Origin: Treponema sp.
GTDB lineage: Bacteria; Spirochaetota; Spirochaetia; Treponematales; Treponemataceae
Assembly: GCA_045616545.1 (NCBI GenBank)
Contig: JAZLGX010000033.1
Location: forward strand, 10,525-74,524
Reading direction: 5' to 3'
DNA: 64,000 bases
The position numbers and the translations under genes were made by a program. Shown in pieces: positions 17,760 to 25,991 of the stretch. The notes under the pieces were generated by a model that saw nothing but the letters and a program-made list of their open reading frames with translations, was not told where the DNA came from and made no database searches. Each line of letters starts with the position of its first letter. Positions within the stretch are counted from its first letter, which is position 1.

Positions 17760-19106
17760 ATGAAAGATTCTACAGTAAATATGACTCAGGGCAATACTGT
17801 CAAACACATCCTTACCTTCTGCATTCCAATGCTGATAGGTAATCTCTTTCAACAGCTTTACAACATTGTGGATTCGGTTATAGTAGGCCAGCTAGTCGGA
17901 GCAAATGCACTTGCTGCAATTGGTGCAACAGGTTCTCTTACATTTCTCTTCTTTGCAATATGCAACGGATTTGGAAGTGGCGGCGGTATCCTGGTTTCCC
18001 AGAGTTTTGGTAAGGGAGACTCCAGGGAGATAAAGAACTGTCTTGCCAACACAGGCTACATAATGGTAGTTTTACCCCTCATTGTGGGAACAATAGCTTT
18101 TTTCCTGTCAGAGGCAATCCTTGTAGCCCTCGGCACACCAGAAGACATACTTCATGATGCTGTCATTTATTGCAAGCTTATGAGTATCGGCATCTTCTTT
18201 GTAAGCGTGTACAACTACGTCTCAAGCATGATGAGAGCCATGGGAGACTCCAAGACTCCCCTTTACTTTTTGATATTTTCCTGCATAATCAATGCCATTT
18301 TGGACCTTTTGTTTGTCCTAGTCTTCAGGCTGGGAGTATTGGGAGCTGGCCTTGCAACCTTGATCTCGCAGTTCATATCAAATATCTTATGTATCGTCTA
18401 TGCCATAAAGTTCAACGTGTACTTCAAGCTCAACAAGTCGGACCTGCAGCTTAACGGCACTACCCTGTTCAAGACGGTAAAACTTGGGCTTCCTTTATCT
18501 CTTCAGTACTCAATGATAGCAATCTCCTGTATGGCACTGCAAAAAGTAGTCAACTCCTTTGGAGCAATTGCAGTAGCAGCCTTTTCTGCCACTAGCAGAA
18601 TCGAGCAGGTAATTCACCAGCCATATCAGACATTAAGTGCCGCATTATGCACCTTTACCGGCCAAAACTATGGTGCAAAGCAAAACAAAAGAGCTATCGA
18701 GGGCTACCACAAGTCCTTTATCATCATGACCATCTTTACAATAGTCATGGTTCCACTGATTCAATTGTTTGGACAGGCAATCACAGGACTATTTGTAAAG
18801 GAGCAAGAAGTTATCGTGATGGGAGGAAGAGCTCTTGCCATTTCAAGTTACTTCTATGTCTTCCTGGGGCTGATTTACGTTGTCAGAGGATATCTGCAAG
18901 GTATAGGCGACGGCTTTTTTGCCCTCTTGAACGGACTTGTGGAAGTAATCGGACGCTTTATCATACCGGTACTCTTGGTACGCATACCAGCTTTGGGAGT
19001 CTGGGGAATCTGGTGGTCTGTAGGTGTAGTCTGGTTTTTAAGCGGATTTACCGCATGGCTGAGATATCTTCAAAAATCTCGCAGTATCATTAAGGCCCAA
19101 GTATAA
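17760..19106 (+). CDS. MATE-family multidrug/sodium efflux transporter
   Basis: About 448 aa with 12 predicted TM helices and typical MATE N-terminal text (ILTFCIPMLIGNLFQQLYNIVDSVIVGQ). GGTGGA lies 4 nt upstream of the ATG at 17760. The ORF track begins at an upstream GTG (17739). Confidence 0.9.
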   Translation: MKDSTVNMTQGNTVKHILTFCIPMLIGNLFQQLYNIVDSVIVGQLVGANALAAIGATGSLTFLFFAICNGFGSGGGILVSQSFGKGDSREIKNCLANTGYIMVVLPLIVGTIAFFLSEAILVALGTPEDILHDAVIYCKLMSIGIFFVSVYNYVSSMMRAMGDSKTPLYFLIFSCIINAILDLLFVLVFRLGVLGAGLATLISQFISNILCIVYAIKFNVYFKLNKSDLQLNGTTLFKTVKLGLPLSLQYSMIAISCMALQKVVNSFGAIAVAAFSATSRIEQVIHQPYQTLSAALCTFTGQNYGAKQNKRAIEGYHKSFIIMTIFTIVMVPLIQLFGQAITGLFVKEQEVIVMGGRALAISSYFYVFLGLIYVVRGYLQGIGDGFFALLNGLVEVIGRFIIPVLLVRIPALGVWGIWWSVGVVWFLSGFTAWLRYLQKSRSIIKAQV

Positions 19107-19131
19107 GGACATCTTTAAAGCACTACCAAAT

Positions 19132-19175
19132 AAAAAAGGCTGCCCCGTAAGATTAGGACAGCCTTCATTTATTTA
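19132..19175. terminator. Bidirectional terminator between the MATE gene and the 5'-nucleotidase gene
   Basis: AAAAAA-GGCTGCCCCGTA-AGATTA-GGACAGCC-TTCATTTATTT. The stems are the same as in the 30-bp duplicated terminator at 31411 and 32147, with a different loop. Confidence 0.6.
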
Positions 19176-19185
19176 AGGAGCCAGA

Positions 19186-20949
19186 TTAGTCTACGAGACC
19201 CTGTTCCTTAAGTTCAAAGTAGTTGAGAGGAGCAACATTGATTGTTCTTCCATCAGCGGAAGTTGGAATAGAAAGTTCTCCACTCTTAACCTTTGCATAT
19301 ACTTTGGCAGCCTGGGAAGCATCAGGATTGAATCCTGTGATCTTCCAGTTGTTGTCACATTCAGCCTTGAGACCACCCTTCTGAGCCTTGATATAGTCAG
19401 AGATAAGGTCACGGATAGCAAGAGTTGTATCTCTATACTTAGATGGATCCTTTGTCAAAAGTCCCTTTCCTGCAAGTGTACCATAGCGGTAGTTGTTGAT
19501 AGCAAGGATAAGAACTTCATCATCCTTAAGAGGAGCACCCTTGTACATTACGTTTTCGATACGCTGTCCAGCTGGCTTTGAAATATTGATTTCATAATCA
19601 ACACCAGCAAATACATCGTATACATAGGAACGCATATCAGGATTGAAAGAGATTGTTACATCCCCGTCCTTAGCTGTATTGAAGTAGTTACCAGCCTGTT
19701 CTTCCATAACCTTCTTGAGTTCAGCGCCAGTTACCTCTACACGGTACAATGTATTGTCATACTTGTAAACCTTTACGCCATCTCTCTTGTGGAAGTCACC
19801 AGCCTTGAGGAATGCACCTGTATCAAGGAGAGCTGTCATGGATACATCAGCTTCTGCATATGCAAGCTGAACCTTGTTGATAAGGTCCATCTGAGCAGAG
19901 TCTGCAACCTGAGCATAAGGAATACCGCTGAGACCATTCCAGTTAAGTTCTGGAAGCATGTCCTCAGCAATCTTTCCTACAACCTGATTTGACATCTTGA
20001 TAGACTTGTCATGAGCTTTCTTTGCAATCTTGAGGATTTCTGCATCTGGAGTAACCTTTGCACCCTTAACATCGATAAGGGAAGCTTTCTTGTCTGTTAC
20101 AACCCAGTCACCAGACCCGTTGTCTACAGTGATCTCTACCTTACCAACAGATGTACCCTTGCTACCTGGCTCAACAAAGAGAGCACCGTTTACTTCCTTT
20201 GCAAATGTAGAGTGAGCATGTCCGATAAGGAATGCAGAAACCTTGTCACCATAAGTATTAGCAACAGCCTTCATACCTTCTACACCGTACTCACCGTCTT
20301 CACCATAGTGAGCTACAACGACGATAACATCAGCCTTTCCTTCTACTTCTGGGATAACTTTTGCAAGTTCTTCCATTGGAGTAACAAATGTCATGTTGTC
20401 ATAGTTAGCAGGATTTGCCTCCCACTTGTCTTCGTGTGGAGCCATGATACCGATAAGAGCAACCTTTACACCATCTACATCCTTGATGATGTATGGAGTA
20501 AGGAATCTTTTTCCGTCTGCTTTATAGGCATTGGCACCTACAACAGGAGCCTTATACTGCTTGAGCTGTCCCTGAAGAGACTTGAATTCAAAGTTGAACT
20601 CATGGTTTCCAAGGACATGCATGTCATAACCAAGTGCATTGAAGCCAGCAATCATAGGATTCTTTTTGTCAAAGCGGAATTCCTGGATCATATTGTCCTG
20701 GAGATTGTCTCCACAGTCTACCAGCAAGAGGTTTGGTGTCTTTGCCCTTTCAGCCTTGATAACAGTTGCAGCCTTAGCAAGACCATTATCAGCTTCTGAG
20801 TCTGTGGCATAATCATAAGGATAGATTGCACCATGGAAATCACTTGTCTCAAGGATTGTGATTGTTTTTGTTTCGGCAAAGGCAAGTGCTGCTGCCAAAA
20901 CCAAAGCTGAACCAAGTACAGCTTTCTTGATCTGTTTTAGAATCATCAT
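19186..20949 (-). CDS. Secreted bifunctional metallophosphatase/5'-nucleotidase (UshA/CpdB-like), paralogue 1
   Basis: 587 aa. It has a signal peptide ending AFA-ET, calcineurin-like motifs (TSDFHG, GDN, GNHEF, GHAH) and a C-terminal 5'-nucleotidase domain. Confidence 0.85.
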   Translation of the reverse strand: MMILKQIKKAVLGSALVLAAALAFAETKTITILETSDFHGAIYPYDYATDSEADNGLAKAATVIKAERAKTPNLLLVDCGDNLQDNMIQEFRFDKKNPMIAGFNALGYDMHVLGNHEFNFEFKSLQGQLKQYKAPVVGANAYKADGKRFLTPYIIKDVDGVKVALIGIMAPHEDKWEANPANYDNMTFVTPMEELAKVIPEVEGKADVIVVVAHYGEDGEYGVEGMKAVANTYGDKVSAFLIGHAHSTFAKEVNGALFVEPGSKGTSVGKVEITVDNGSGDWVVTDKKASLIDVKGAKVTPDAEILKIAKKAHDKSIKMSNQVVGKIAEDMLPELNWNGLSGIPYAQVADSAQMDLINKVQLAYAEADVSMTALLDTGAFLKAGDFHKRDGVKVYKYDNTLYRVEVTGAELKKVMEEQAGNYFNTAKDGDVTISFNPDMRSYVYDVFAGVDYEINISKPAGQRIENVMYKGAPLKDDEVLILAINNYRYGTLAGKGLLTKDPSKYRDTTLAIRDLISDYIKAQKGGLKAECDNNWKITGFNPDASQAAKVYAKVKSGELSIPTSADGRTINVAPLNYFELKEQGLVD

Positions 20950-21111
20950 ACTTCTAAAATACTCCTTTAAGATAAAGACAGGGTACTTAGTACATGCTGC
21001 ACTATAATACCCTGCTACGTGTCTATAATTCTAATGCTTTATTATATCTTTCTCAAGCGTTACACCGATATTTTTTGATGCTACCAGAATATACGCTGAT
21101 AGCAAGACATA

Positions 21112-22884
21112 TCAGTCAACCAGACCCTGTTCCTTAAGCTCGTAATAGTTAAGGGCCTTTACATTGGTTGTCCTGCCGTTTTCAGAAGTAGGAACCTTGA
21201 TTTCCCCGCTTTTAACCTTTGCATATACCTTTTCTGCCTGGGAAGGATCAGGATTGAATCCTGTGATCTTCCAGTTGTGGTCACATTCTGCATCAAGCCC
21301 CTTCTTCTGAGCCTTTACATAATCTGTGATAAAGTCACATACAGAAGTTGCTGTATCTGTATAGTTGGCAGGATCATTTGAGATGATTCCGTCTGCTACA
21401 AGAGCCTTGAAGCGATAGTCGTTGAGGGCAAAGAGAATCTCCTCATCATCCTTGAGAGGTGCACCCTGATACATGATGTTCTCAATGCGACTGCCCTTTG
21501 GATTAGCAATGTTTATTTCGTAATCAACACCTGCGAACATGTCATAGTTGTATCCGCGGATATTCTCATTAAAGGAGATAGTTACATCCCCCTCCTTATA
21601 CTGGTTGAAGTAATCACCGGCATAGATTTCCATGATTTCCTTGAGCTGGGCACCAGTAATCTTTACGCTATAGAGGATATTGTTTGGATACTTATATACC
21701 TTGAGAGTATCCCCTGCAATGAACTTACCCTTTGTAAGGTTTGTGTTCTCTACAAAGAGACTTGCCTGTGATACTGTAGCACCAGTACAGTGCATCTGAA
21801 CTGTATTGATAAGGTCAACAAGAGCTGTATCCTCTACCTTAGCAGAAGGGATTCCTTCAAGACCATTCCACCAAACTTCGCTGATCATATCAGCATTTAC
21901 CTTACCTACAACCTTATTTGCAAGCTTGAGGGATTTGTCATTAGCCTTCTTTGCAATCTTAAGGATATCCCCGTCAGCTTCAATTCCCTTTACAGAAAGA
22001 TTCTCACCTTTCTTGTCTGTTACAACCCATTTACCTTCGTCGTTGTCATTGCTTACTGTAATGGTAACCTTTGATACGTATTCTCCCTTGCTGCCAGGTT
22101 CAAGAATAACTGCCCCGGAAGAAGATTTCTGGTTTATCACGGAGTGGGCATGACCAATAAGGAATGCAGAAACTTTGTCTCCATATACGTCAGCTACCTT
22201 GTCCATACCAGTTGTACCGTATTCACCTTCAAGTCCATAGTGAGCTACAACTACAAGAACATCTGCCTTACCTTCGATTTCTGGAAGGACCTTGCCAAGT
22301 TCTTCCATAGGGTTACCAAAAGTCATACCTCTGAAGTGGTCAGGAGTAGAAGACTCCCAGCGATCAATATGAGGGGCGAATATACCGATAAGACCAACCT
22401 TTACACCATTTACTTCCTTTATGAGCCATGGTTCAAAATATCTTGAACCGTCATCCTTGTATACGTTGCAGGCAATGACAGGAGCACCGTACTGCTTGAG
22501 AATATTCTCAAAGGAAGCAAACTCAAAGTTGAACTCATGGTTTCCAAGAACATGCATGTCGTATCCAAGCGCATTGAAAGAAGCTACCATAGGGTTCTTC
22601 TTGTCAAAGCGGAATTCCTGGATGAAGTTATCCTGCATATTGTCACCGCAATCTACAAGGATAAGGGATGGATCTTTGGAACGCTCTGCCTTGATGACTG
22701 AAGCAGCCTTTGCAAGGCCGTTTTCCTTAGCCTCGTTTGTCGAGTAGTTGAAGGGATAGATTGCACCATGGAGATCGCTTGTCTCCAGGATCGTGATGTT
22801 TGTTGTCTCTGCAAAGACAAATGCAGCCGAAGCTGCCATAGCTGTAGTGATAACAGCTTTCCTCATTTTGCCAAGTATTTTCAT
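21112..22884 (-). CDS. Secreted bifunctional metallophosphatase/5'-nucleotidase, paralogue 2
   Basis: It is collinear with and highly similar to 19186-20949 along its whole length. I place the start at MKILGKMRKAV (22884) because this aligns with the MMILKQIKKAV start of paralogue 1. Both starts have AAAGGAGTAT 12-13 nt upstream. Confidence 0.85.
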   Translation of the reverse strand: MKILGKMRKAVITTAMAASAAFVFAETTNITILETSDLHGAIYPFNYSTNEAKENGLAKAASVIKAERSKDPSLILVDCGDNMQDNFIQEFRFDKKNPMVASFNALGYDMHVLGNHEFNFEFASFENILKQYGAPVIACNVYKDDGSRYFEPWLIKEVNGVKVGLIGIFAPHIDRWESSTPDHFRGMTFGNPMEELGKVLPEIEGKADVLVVVAHYGLEGEYGTTGMDKVADVYGDKVSAFLIGHAHSVINQKSSSGAVILEPGSKGEYVSKVTITVSNDNDEGKWVVTDKKGENLSVKGIEADGDILKIAKKANDKSLKLANKVVGKVNADMISEVWWNGLEGIPSAKVEDTALVDLINTVQMHCTGATVSQASLFVENTNLTKGKFIAGDTLKVYKYPNNILYSVKITGAQLKEIMEIYAGDYFNQYKEGDVTISFNENIRGYNYDMFAGVDYEINIANPKGSRIENIMYQGAPLKDDEEILFALNDYRFKALVADGIISNDPANYTDTATSVCDFITDYVKAQKKGLDAECDHNWKITGFNPDPSQAEKVYAKVKSGEIKVPTSENGRTTNVKALNYYELKEQGLVD

Positions 22885-22940
22885 ACCGCGATATATACTC
22901 CTTTTATAGTATTCAGTTATCTCGTTTTTCCAGAGGTAAC

Positions 22941-22980
22941 CCATAAAAAACAAAAAACCCGATTCGTAAAAGAATCGGGT
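22941..22980 (-). terminator. Rho-independent terminator immediately 3' of the tRNA
   Basis: On the minus strand, ACCCGATTC-TTTTAC-GAATCGGGT is followed by TTTTTGTTTTTT. Confidence 0.7.
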
Positions 22981-22989
22981 TTAACAAGA

Positions 22990-23062
22990 TAGTGGCAATA
23001 GGATTCGAACCTATGACATACGGAATATGAGTCCGTTGTTCTACCTGCTGGACTATGCCACC
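22990..23062 (-). tRNA. tRNA with anticodon CAT (elongator Met or lysidine-modified Ile2)
   Basis: A 73-nt cloverleaf folded by hand. Acceptor GGTGGCA/TGCCACT has G1-U72. The D arm GTCC/GAAC has one C-A mismatch. The anticodon stem is ACGGA/TCCGT with loop CTCATAT. The T arm is ATAGG-TTCGAAT-CCTAT and the discriminator is A. CCA is not encoded. Confidence 0.85.
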
Positions 23063-23079
23063 GTTTTGTTGATGTTTAG

Positions 23080-23108
23080 AATATACCAGAAACCTTATTT
23101 TGTGTCAA
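23080..23108 (-). promoter_or_regulatory. Near-consensus sigma70-type promoter for the tRNA
   Basis: On the minus strand, TTGACA (23108-23103), a 17-nt spacer and TATATT (23085-23080) lie about 17 nt upstream of the mature 5' end. Confidence 0.55.
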
Positions 23109-23233
23109 CAGACTTTGCAATTTTTTTGCAAAAACTTTTTGTAAAATTTCCAAATAAATCGGTAAAATAACATTTACCAAGGACAATGATTTTTTTCGTT
23201 GCCAAATCAGGTATTTACCCTTATCCTTGATGT

Positions 23234-23689
23234 ATGGAAAATATTGATATGCTATATTGTTCAGCGGGAGAAGCCTACAAGGAAGGCCTTAAAGCCATGG
23301 CTTCCCATATACTGACAGAAAACCGTTCCACCCTTTACTCCAAGAAAACAAACTGCGCCAATCACATAGAATATCAGATGAGACTCAGTGCCATGATACA
23401 GTTTATCCTCGGCCAGACCATGATTACCCTGGATGACCTTATAGAAAGCCTGTCCACTCTAAGCGAAATTGACCTCGGGATTCTCTTTCACACATCCTTG
23501 ATGTTTCTGACAGAAAAGAATTTCCGTCTCAAGGAGTCCTCTCTAAGACGTGATATTTATATCAAGACAGACAATATACGTGACTATGACAAGAAGCTCT
23601 TTGAATTTGAGATCCTCACACACGAACTCATAGGCAGGATAAAAAGTGACAGTTTTACAAAAAATATCAGTCTTGTCATGACAGCATAA
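23234..23689 (+). CDS. Hypothetical protein (151 aa, predicted helical)
   Basis: It is the only long ORF in this interval and has coding-like composition. There is no recognisable motif and no clear SD sequence. Confidence 0.5.
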   Translation: MENIDMLYCSAGEAYKEGLKAMASHILTENRSTLYSKKTNCANHIEYQMRLSAMIQFILGQTMITLDDLIESLSTLSEIDLGILFHTSLMFLTEKNFRLKESSLRRDIYIKTDNIRDYDKKLFEFEILTHELIGRIKSDSFTKNISLVMTA

Positions 23690-23726
23690 GCCTATAGCGA
23701 CTATAATCTTATAACGTAGGCTTATA

Positions 23727-23762
23727 GGGCATCTCTAGAAATTGCAATTTCCAGAGGTTCCC
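23727..23762. repeat. 36-nt imperfect palindromic intergenic element, copy B
   Basis: In GGGCATCTCTAGAAATTGCAATTTCCAGAGGTTCCC, the half-sites ATCTCTAGAAATTG and the reverse complement of CAATTTCCAGAGGT match at 12/14 positions. It lies 37 nt after the stop of the upstream ORF and 14 nt before the cheB SD. Confidence 0.75.
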
Positions 23763-23788
23763 TATACAAAGAACTAAGGGGGAATCTC

Positions 23789-24829
23789 ATCAAAATACTG
23801 GTATTGGACAAGTCTGCCATAATAAGGGTCCTTTTGGAACAGCATCTTGGAGCAGACAAAGACATAGAAATAGCAGCGTCCGTGGCCTCTGGCAGAAACT
23901 GTCTCAAAGCCTGCCGGGAGTTTTCTCCGGACCTGGTACTCATGGACCCGGACTGTTCTGATACTGACGGAATCCAGCTCATCTCCCTCCTCAAACAAGA
24001 ATACAAGACCAACGTACTGGTCCTCACTCCCAAAGATGACTTGAGGTCCCAATATATCAGTGCAGGAGCCATAGACGTAATAAACAAGCCTGACCTTAAG
24101 GATATACGGGAAGACTTCTACGAAAAGCTCAGGTCAAAGATAAAGGAACTCTCCTTGGGACAGGCACAATCGCGTTCCATGCCCCACTCCCAACAGGAAC
24201 AGGCCCCGGATAGAACGGAAGAATCTGACACAACACACCGAAACTTCAAAGTGCTTTGCGTCGGAACAAGTACAGGAGGTCCTGGTACAGTCCAGAAGAT
24301 CTTCTCCAATCTCGGAAAGGATTTTCCCCTTCCGGTCCTCTTTGTCCAGCATGTAGATGAAGGCACTGACAAAAAAATGGTTGAGTGGCTCAACAATGAG
24401 TGTCCCAACATAAAGGTAGTACTTGCAAAGGACGGCAGCGACATAAAGAACGGAGTCATCTATATGGCTCCCGCCGGCTATCATCTTGAAGTCACCATCC
24501 ACAAACTCAAGAGGCATCCTGTACTACATCTAAGTAATGATCCGGAAGAACATTTTCTCCGTCCCTCAGTCAATCACCTTTTCAGAAGCTGCGCCACAGT
24601 GTATAACACAGCATGCCTTGCAGTCCTTCTCACCGGCATGGGAAGAGATGGAGCTGACGGGCTCAAGGAGATACTTGATTCAGGGGGATACACCATCGCA
24701 GAATCCGAAGACTCCTGCATCGTATACGGCATGCCTAAAGCTGCGGTAGAACTGAATGCGGCAAGGGAAGTCCTCCATAAGGACCAGATGGCCCAAAGAA
24801 TCCTCAAGCTTGTAGGAAAAGCCCTGTAA
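23789..24829 (+). CDS. cheB: CheB-like response regulator/protein-glutamate methylesterase, probably starting at ATC
   Basis: The REC domain has the acceptor Asp in DLVLMDP. The methylesterase domain has GTSTGGP (Ser), VQHVD (His) and GMGRDGA (Asp). The receiver beta-1 strand KILVLD lies upstream of the first canonical start (TTG 23804). AAGGGGGA at 23776-23783 sits 5 nt before ATC at 23789. Confidence 0.75.
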   Translation: MKILVLDKSAIIRVLLEQHLGADKDIEIAASVASGRNCLKACREFSPDLVLMDPDCSDTDGIQLISLLKQEYKTNVLVLTPKDDLRSQYISAGAIDVINKPDLKDIREDFYEKLRSKIKELSLGQAQSRSMPHSQQEQAPDRTEESDTTHRNFKVLCVGTSTGGPGTVQKIFSNLGKDFPLPVLFVQHVDEGTDKKMVEWLNNECPNIKVVLAKDGSDIKNGVIYMAPAGYHLEVTIHKLKRHPVLHLSNDPEEHFLRPSVNHLFRSCATVYNTACLAVLLTGMGRDGADGLKEILDSGGYTIAESEDSCIVYGMPKAAVELNAAREVLHKDQMAQRILKLVGKAL

Positions 24830-24830
24830 A

Positions 24831-25046
24831 TCATCCGACAATTCCCATTTCGTTTTTATATTCCTGAGCAACCGCCAGAGGACCATCCCACCAAAGTTTT
24901 GTTGAGTCATCATAAACCATTCGACCTGTGTTTGATTCCATAAATGAAATCAGGACTTCTTCAACATTTTTATTCTGTTCTTTTGCCAGCTGTTCTACTG
25001 CCATTTTCGTAACCAAATCCATGGCAATTATAGTTTTATTATCCAT
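24831..25046 (-). CDS. Small helical protein, DUF3791-like (71 aa)
   Basis: ...VEEVLISFMESNTGRMVYDDSTKLWWDGPLAVAQEY... fits the pattern I recall for DUF3791. It lies 15 nt downstream of the DUF3990-like gene. Its stop is 1 nt from the convergent cheB stop. Confidence 0.6.
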   Translation of the reverse strand: MDNKTIIAMDLVTKMAVEQLAKEQNKNVEEVLISFMESNTGRMVYDDSTKLWWDGPLAVAQEYKNEMGIVG

Positions 25047-25061
25047 AAATAAGACCTCTGA

Positions 25062-25652
25062 CTAAAATAAAGCCACTTTTTCACTTTTCAGAAAATGTAA
25101 TTTCGAAACAGCTTTTTCTGTCCTAAAGCAAAATTGATCCTGCAATTTTTCTGGCAGAAGAAGACTTATACACATATTATCTGCATTCTCGCTTCCCATT
25201 TCTCCGTAAAAATTGCTCATATATGCAAGAATAGTGGCGTTCGTATTGTCATTCGCAATCTTTCCAGAAATCACGTCAAAACCTTTCATTCTGTTCAACA
25301 TATCCACAAAGACTTCTGATTTTCTATGCGCAACAATACAGTGGAGCCATTCCTTATCTGCAGTTTCAAATACAAAACTTTTTAATTCCGGGATATCATT
25401 TATCTTAAAGAATGAAACATATCCAAACTGGTCGTTTACAGAAACAAGACCTCTGGCCTTTGCTTTTGTAGCAGTAATCTTTGCAAAACTTTTGGCTTGC
25501 TCTTTTGAAGTTGTAAGATAGAAGCCTTGCCCAAAATCTTTATATTTTGCACATTTCTGTAAATCCGGGTTTTCAACAATACAATAACTGCCATGATAAA
25601 GAATCATGCCTTCTTCCAGTTGTTTCATAATGCTACTCCCATAAAAAATCAA
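25062..25652 (-). CDS. DUF3990-like protein with PARP-like HGS and FGxGFY motifs
   Basis: 196-aa ORF. The likely start is MKQLEEGMILYHGS at 25628. Motifs are LYHGS, DFGQGFYLTTSKEQAKSFA and a later DVISGKIANDN. Confidence 0.7.
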   Translation of the reverse strand: MIFYGSSIMKQLEEGMILYHGSYCIVENPDLQKCAKYKDFGQGFYLTTSKEQAKSFAKITATKAKARGLVSVNDQFGYVSFFKINDIPELKSFVFETADKEWLHCIVAHRKSEVFVDMLNRMKGFDVISGKIANDNTNATILAYMSNFYGEMGSENADNMCISLLLPEKLQDQFCFRTEKAVSKLHFLKSEKVALF

Positions 25653-25688
25653 AGAGGAAACTTTGGGATATATAAAAGCTTCGCAAAT

Positions 25689-25991
25689 TTAGCAGATTTT
25701 ATCTAACGCCCCTTGGGAAATCAGATATTCCCGAATTTCTTCATAAACAGCATTATCCCCTTCAACATGGAATATTCCCCAGCAATCACGGATAAAAGGG
25801 AGAACTTTGAAGTTATCAAACAACTCAGCTGTCCGCTTTAATGTAAATCCGAGTTTTTCAGAGGTCATTCGTATAAGTCTAATCTGCATAAATAAAATCT
25901 GCTGTTCTTCGTCCATTGCGTCCATTATACCGCGGAAAGCCGCACTTGTACATAAAAACCAACTGTTATAGAATAAGCCCATGAGTAACAA
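25689..25991 (-). CDS. Small helical protein, DUF3791-like (probably about 75 aa, starting at 25916 or 25925)
   Basis: The C-terminal 70 aa is ILFMQIRLIRMTSEKLGFTLKRTAELFDNFKVLPFIRDCWGIFHVEGDNAVYEEIREYL. The long ORF version overlaps the divergent 25981 start. TATAAT (25929-25924) and TGTACA (25952-25947, 17-nt spacer) precede the ATG at 25916. Confidence 0.6.
   Translation of the reverse strand: MLLMGLFYNSWFLCTSAAFRGIMDAMDEEQQILFMQIRLIRMTSEKLGFTLKRTAELFDNFKVLPFIRDCWGIFHVEGDNAVYEEIREYLISQGALDKIC

Noticed and set aside
20011-20799. 262-aa ORF antisense to 5'-nucleotidase paralogue 1, with similar ORFs antisense to paralogue 2
   Set aside because: The minus-strand frame carries all metallophosphatase motifs. 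Long antisense frames here are a codon-bias artefact and have no SD.
22885-22953. N-terminal extension (MFFMGYLWKNEITEYYKRSIYRG) of 5'-nucleotidase paralogue 2
   Set aside because: The extension starts only 4 nt downstream of the T-tail of the tRNA terminator. This leaves no room for its own promoter or SD, and it has no counterpart in paralogue 1. The Met at 22884 aligns with the paralogue start and shares its SD context.
22990-23062. tRNA as the attachment site of a genomic island
   Set aside because: There is no integrase, and I could find no direct repeat of the tRNA 3' end elsewhere in the window. The neighbouring odd genes may still be accessory, but an integrative element is not supported.
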